The notes under the pieces were generated by a model. That model worked only from the letters and a program-made list of their open reading frames with translations, was not told the DNA's origin and made no database searches. Both the position numbers and the translations under genes were made by a program. 52,001 nt of DNA from Nemertoderma westbladi (Eukaryota > Animalia > Xenacoelomorpha), in assembly GCA_032718475.1 (NCBI GenBank), contig JAUCBJ010007100.1, positions 1 through 52,001 of the forward strand, in the 5' to 3' direction. Shown here in pieces: positions 49,558-52,001 of this stretch. Numbering within the stretch: position 1 is the stretch's first letter; every line of letters starts with the position of its first letter.

Positions 49558-50215
49558 GGTATACGGACATTTCGTCCCTGGACTTTTCAACCCGGACTTT
49601 TCGTCCCATTAGGCTTTATTCCTTCTGACAGTAAGATGGTAGCTAGTAATTGTGATTCTGTGTTAGTAAGATGGTAGCTAGTAATTGTGATTCTGTGTTA
49701 GTAAGATGGTAGCTAGTAATTGTGATTCTGTCTTAGTAAGATGGTAGCTAGTAATTTTGATTTCGCTTTAGCTAGTAGGCCTACTTTTTATTAGTTACAA
49801 ATTATAATTGAACAATTGAAACAAATTTGACCAACTTTTTTCTTGTGAAAATGCCTTTTATTATGAGGTTTTTTGTTCTAGAACAAATAGTTGACCTTCA
49901 CACAGTAGTAAGATGGCAGCCAGTAATTCTGATGTGAAATTGTGTTAGCTAGTACATTTTATTAGCTAGTAAAAAATTAAAAATATTATTTAATCTTCAA
50001 TTACAATATTTATCTGGAATAATTTATGAGTCATGGCAGTTAGTAATTATTTACCTATAGGACGAAAAGTCCGGGATGGTGGACTTTTCATCCCCAGACA
50101 TTTTCTGGGTCTTTTCATCCCCAGACATTATCTGGGACTTTTCATCCCCAGACTTTTCGTCCCGGTGACGATTAGTCTGGGGACGAATAGTCCGGGGACG
50201 AAACGTCCTAGATCC
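49558..50215. mobile_element. Mutator-like MITE with repetitive subterminal motifs and an internal 35-bp repeat
   Basis: 9-bp TSD TTGTGGTAC/TTGTGGTTC; GG..CC ends; inverted GGAC(A/G)TTTCGTCCC arrays; AGTAAGATGGTAGCTAGTAATTGTGATTCTGTGTT x~4 at 49630-49765. Confidence 0.7.
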
Positions 50216-50962
50216 TTGTGGTTCATGTAGATCATGAAAATAATTATTGAAATTATTTGAGTTAGAATCCGGAAGCTCTATCAATACCAACACAATGGGA
50301 CTAACTGACTTACAGCCGCACCGTGCCACGCACTAGGCGAGAACCGTATTTCCTCTGTCTATTAAAGCCATAAATTTATATACCCACGGGAGAGTTTATT
50401 AAAGTTCAGCGGAATCTTCTCCACAATAACTTATTAGGCGTTATGATTGCTGATGTGCACCGCATGCGCCATAAATGATGTTATAAACCTGGTACAATAA
50501 TATTTCCAATTATTGAAACGTCACTCGTTGCGAGATAGCGAAATTTATTGCTTTCATTCTCCACAGAAGCTTTTAAACTAATTGGAAACAATAAAATACT
50601 GCGATAAATCGCAAGGGTTGATTATCATCGGGGTTTTCCTTACCAGTAAGAGAATCCGGAAAACTCAAGATTTATTTCTTTTATTGTATTTGATCCTTAC
50701 GGGAAAATGTAAAAGCGCAGGGTAGTGTCATACAAAAAATTTATTAAGCAAGGGTTACTTACAGTGACATAAAAAATATATAATTGTTAAAAGTAAAGCA
50801 GAAGTAAAGTTTTTCGGCCGTTAGGACAGGGATTACGCACGAAATCTGACGACATATTTCCAGGCGGTCCCCCCAGTAGTATACTACCCAGAGGTATTGG
50901 TATCCATTTAGCTACCATTTAAGGATGTAATGCAGAGATGCGCCCTGGCTAGTCCCTTTTAA

Positions 50963-52001
50963 CCCTATTAAACCCGGGGGGGGGGGGGGGGGGGTCAATA
51001 TGACCCCCCAGTGGTTTTTTTATTCTAATTCTGAAACAAACGCAGTTGGGAATCTGAAATTTTATGACTTTTCCTAAAAATCTATTGCCTTCCTAGTAGT
51101 GAAAACCGTTTTCAAAAATATTGGGTACATTTCGAGTTATAGCACCATTTTTTAACCCTACTTTTGGCACTTTTTTTGAGACGTTTATTTGAAAATTACA
51201 TTTCATTAAATATGAATTGTAACATCTCTATTTTTGATTTACACCGGTTTTTTGGTGTTAAAAATTTGATGGAATTCATATAAATTGATTTAGAAATTTC
51301 AAACTTGTTTTTTTCGGTGGGTGTCAAATTTTGGTGCCAGCACCAAATTTTGAAATAAGTCAATTTTGTAAATTGATCGTTTGAAACTTGTTTTTTACGC
51401 TATTGGGGTTTTTTGGGTTTCTGGATTCGATGAAATATATACGAGTTGCACCAAGCGTATCAAACTTGTATTTTTCGGTGCTGTGTGCAAATTTTGGTGC
51501 TAGCACGAAATTTTGAAAATCCATTCAATAGATAAAATTGCTTGTGACAATTTATTTCTTGCGTTTTAGAGGTTTATGGCTGTTCTGAATTCAATGGAAA
51601 ATATAATTATCGAACTAGACATCTCAAACTTGTATTTTTCGGATATGGGTGCAAAATGTGGTGCTAGCACCAAATTTTGAAAACCATCAAATATATCAAT
51701 TGATTGTGTCACCTTGTTTCTTGCGTTATACGGGTTTGTGATGGTTCTGAATTCGATGGAATCAGTAAAAATTTCGTAAGAGTTCTCAAACTTGTATTTT
51801 TCGCCGGTGGGTGAAAATTGTTGTGCCAGCACCAAATTTTGGAAAATATGCAAATTGATCAGTAGATAGTATCACCTTGTTTCTTGCGTTATACGGGTTT
51901 ATGGGGGTCCTGAATCCGATGGAATCAATAAAAACAGCACTGGACATCGCAAACTTGTACTTTTTGGTGATGGGTACGAAATTTGGTGCTAGCACCAAAA
52001 T
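50963..52001. mobile_element. Second, inverted copy of the piggyBac-type element (cut by the window end)
   Basis: TTAA|CCCTATTAAACCCGGG; high-identity reverse complement of ~30280-31293. Confidence 0.9.

Overview
AT-rich, repeat-dense eukaryotic (invertebrate-like) genomic DNA; no prokaryotic features or CRISPR. I can support three host genes. (1) An intronless, GC-rich ORC1 (8232-11621, +) with no visible BAH domain and two coding minisatellites, one of which is eight tandem CDK consensus sites. (2) A five-exon minus-strand gene of unknown function (36193->17789), largely missed by the ORF track and rebuilt from splice sites and phases. (3) A three-exon DxD type-II membrane glycosyltransferase (43168-45817, +). 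The rest is transposon debris and tandem arrays. Mobile DNA comprises BEL/Pao and gypsy-like LTR fragments, RTE-like LINE fragments, a decayed Penelope-like element, two hammerhead-ribozyme-like motifs, piggyBac-, PIF- and Mutator-type MITEs, and Helitron/Helentron-like elements. The large arrays have units of 43, 28 and 22 bp. The most unusual signal is the ~3.9-kb 28-bp array: each unit is a copy of the last 22 nt of a coding exon plus its GTRAGT 5' splice site, i.e. ~140 tandem splice donors in one intron. All calls are by eye, without database searches.
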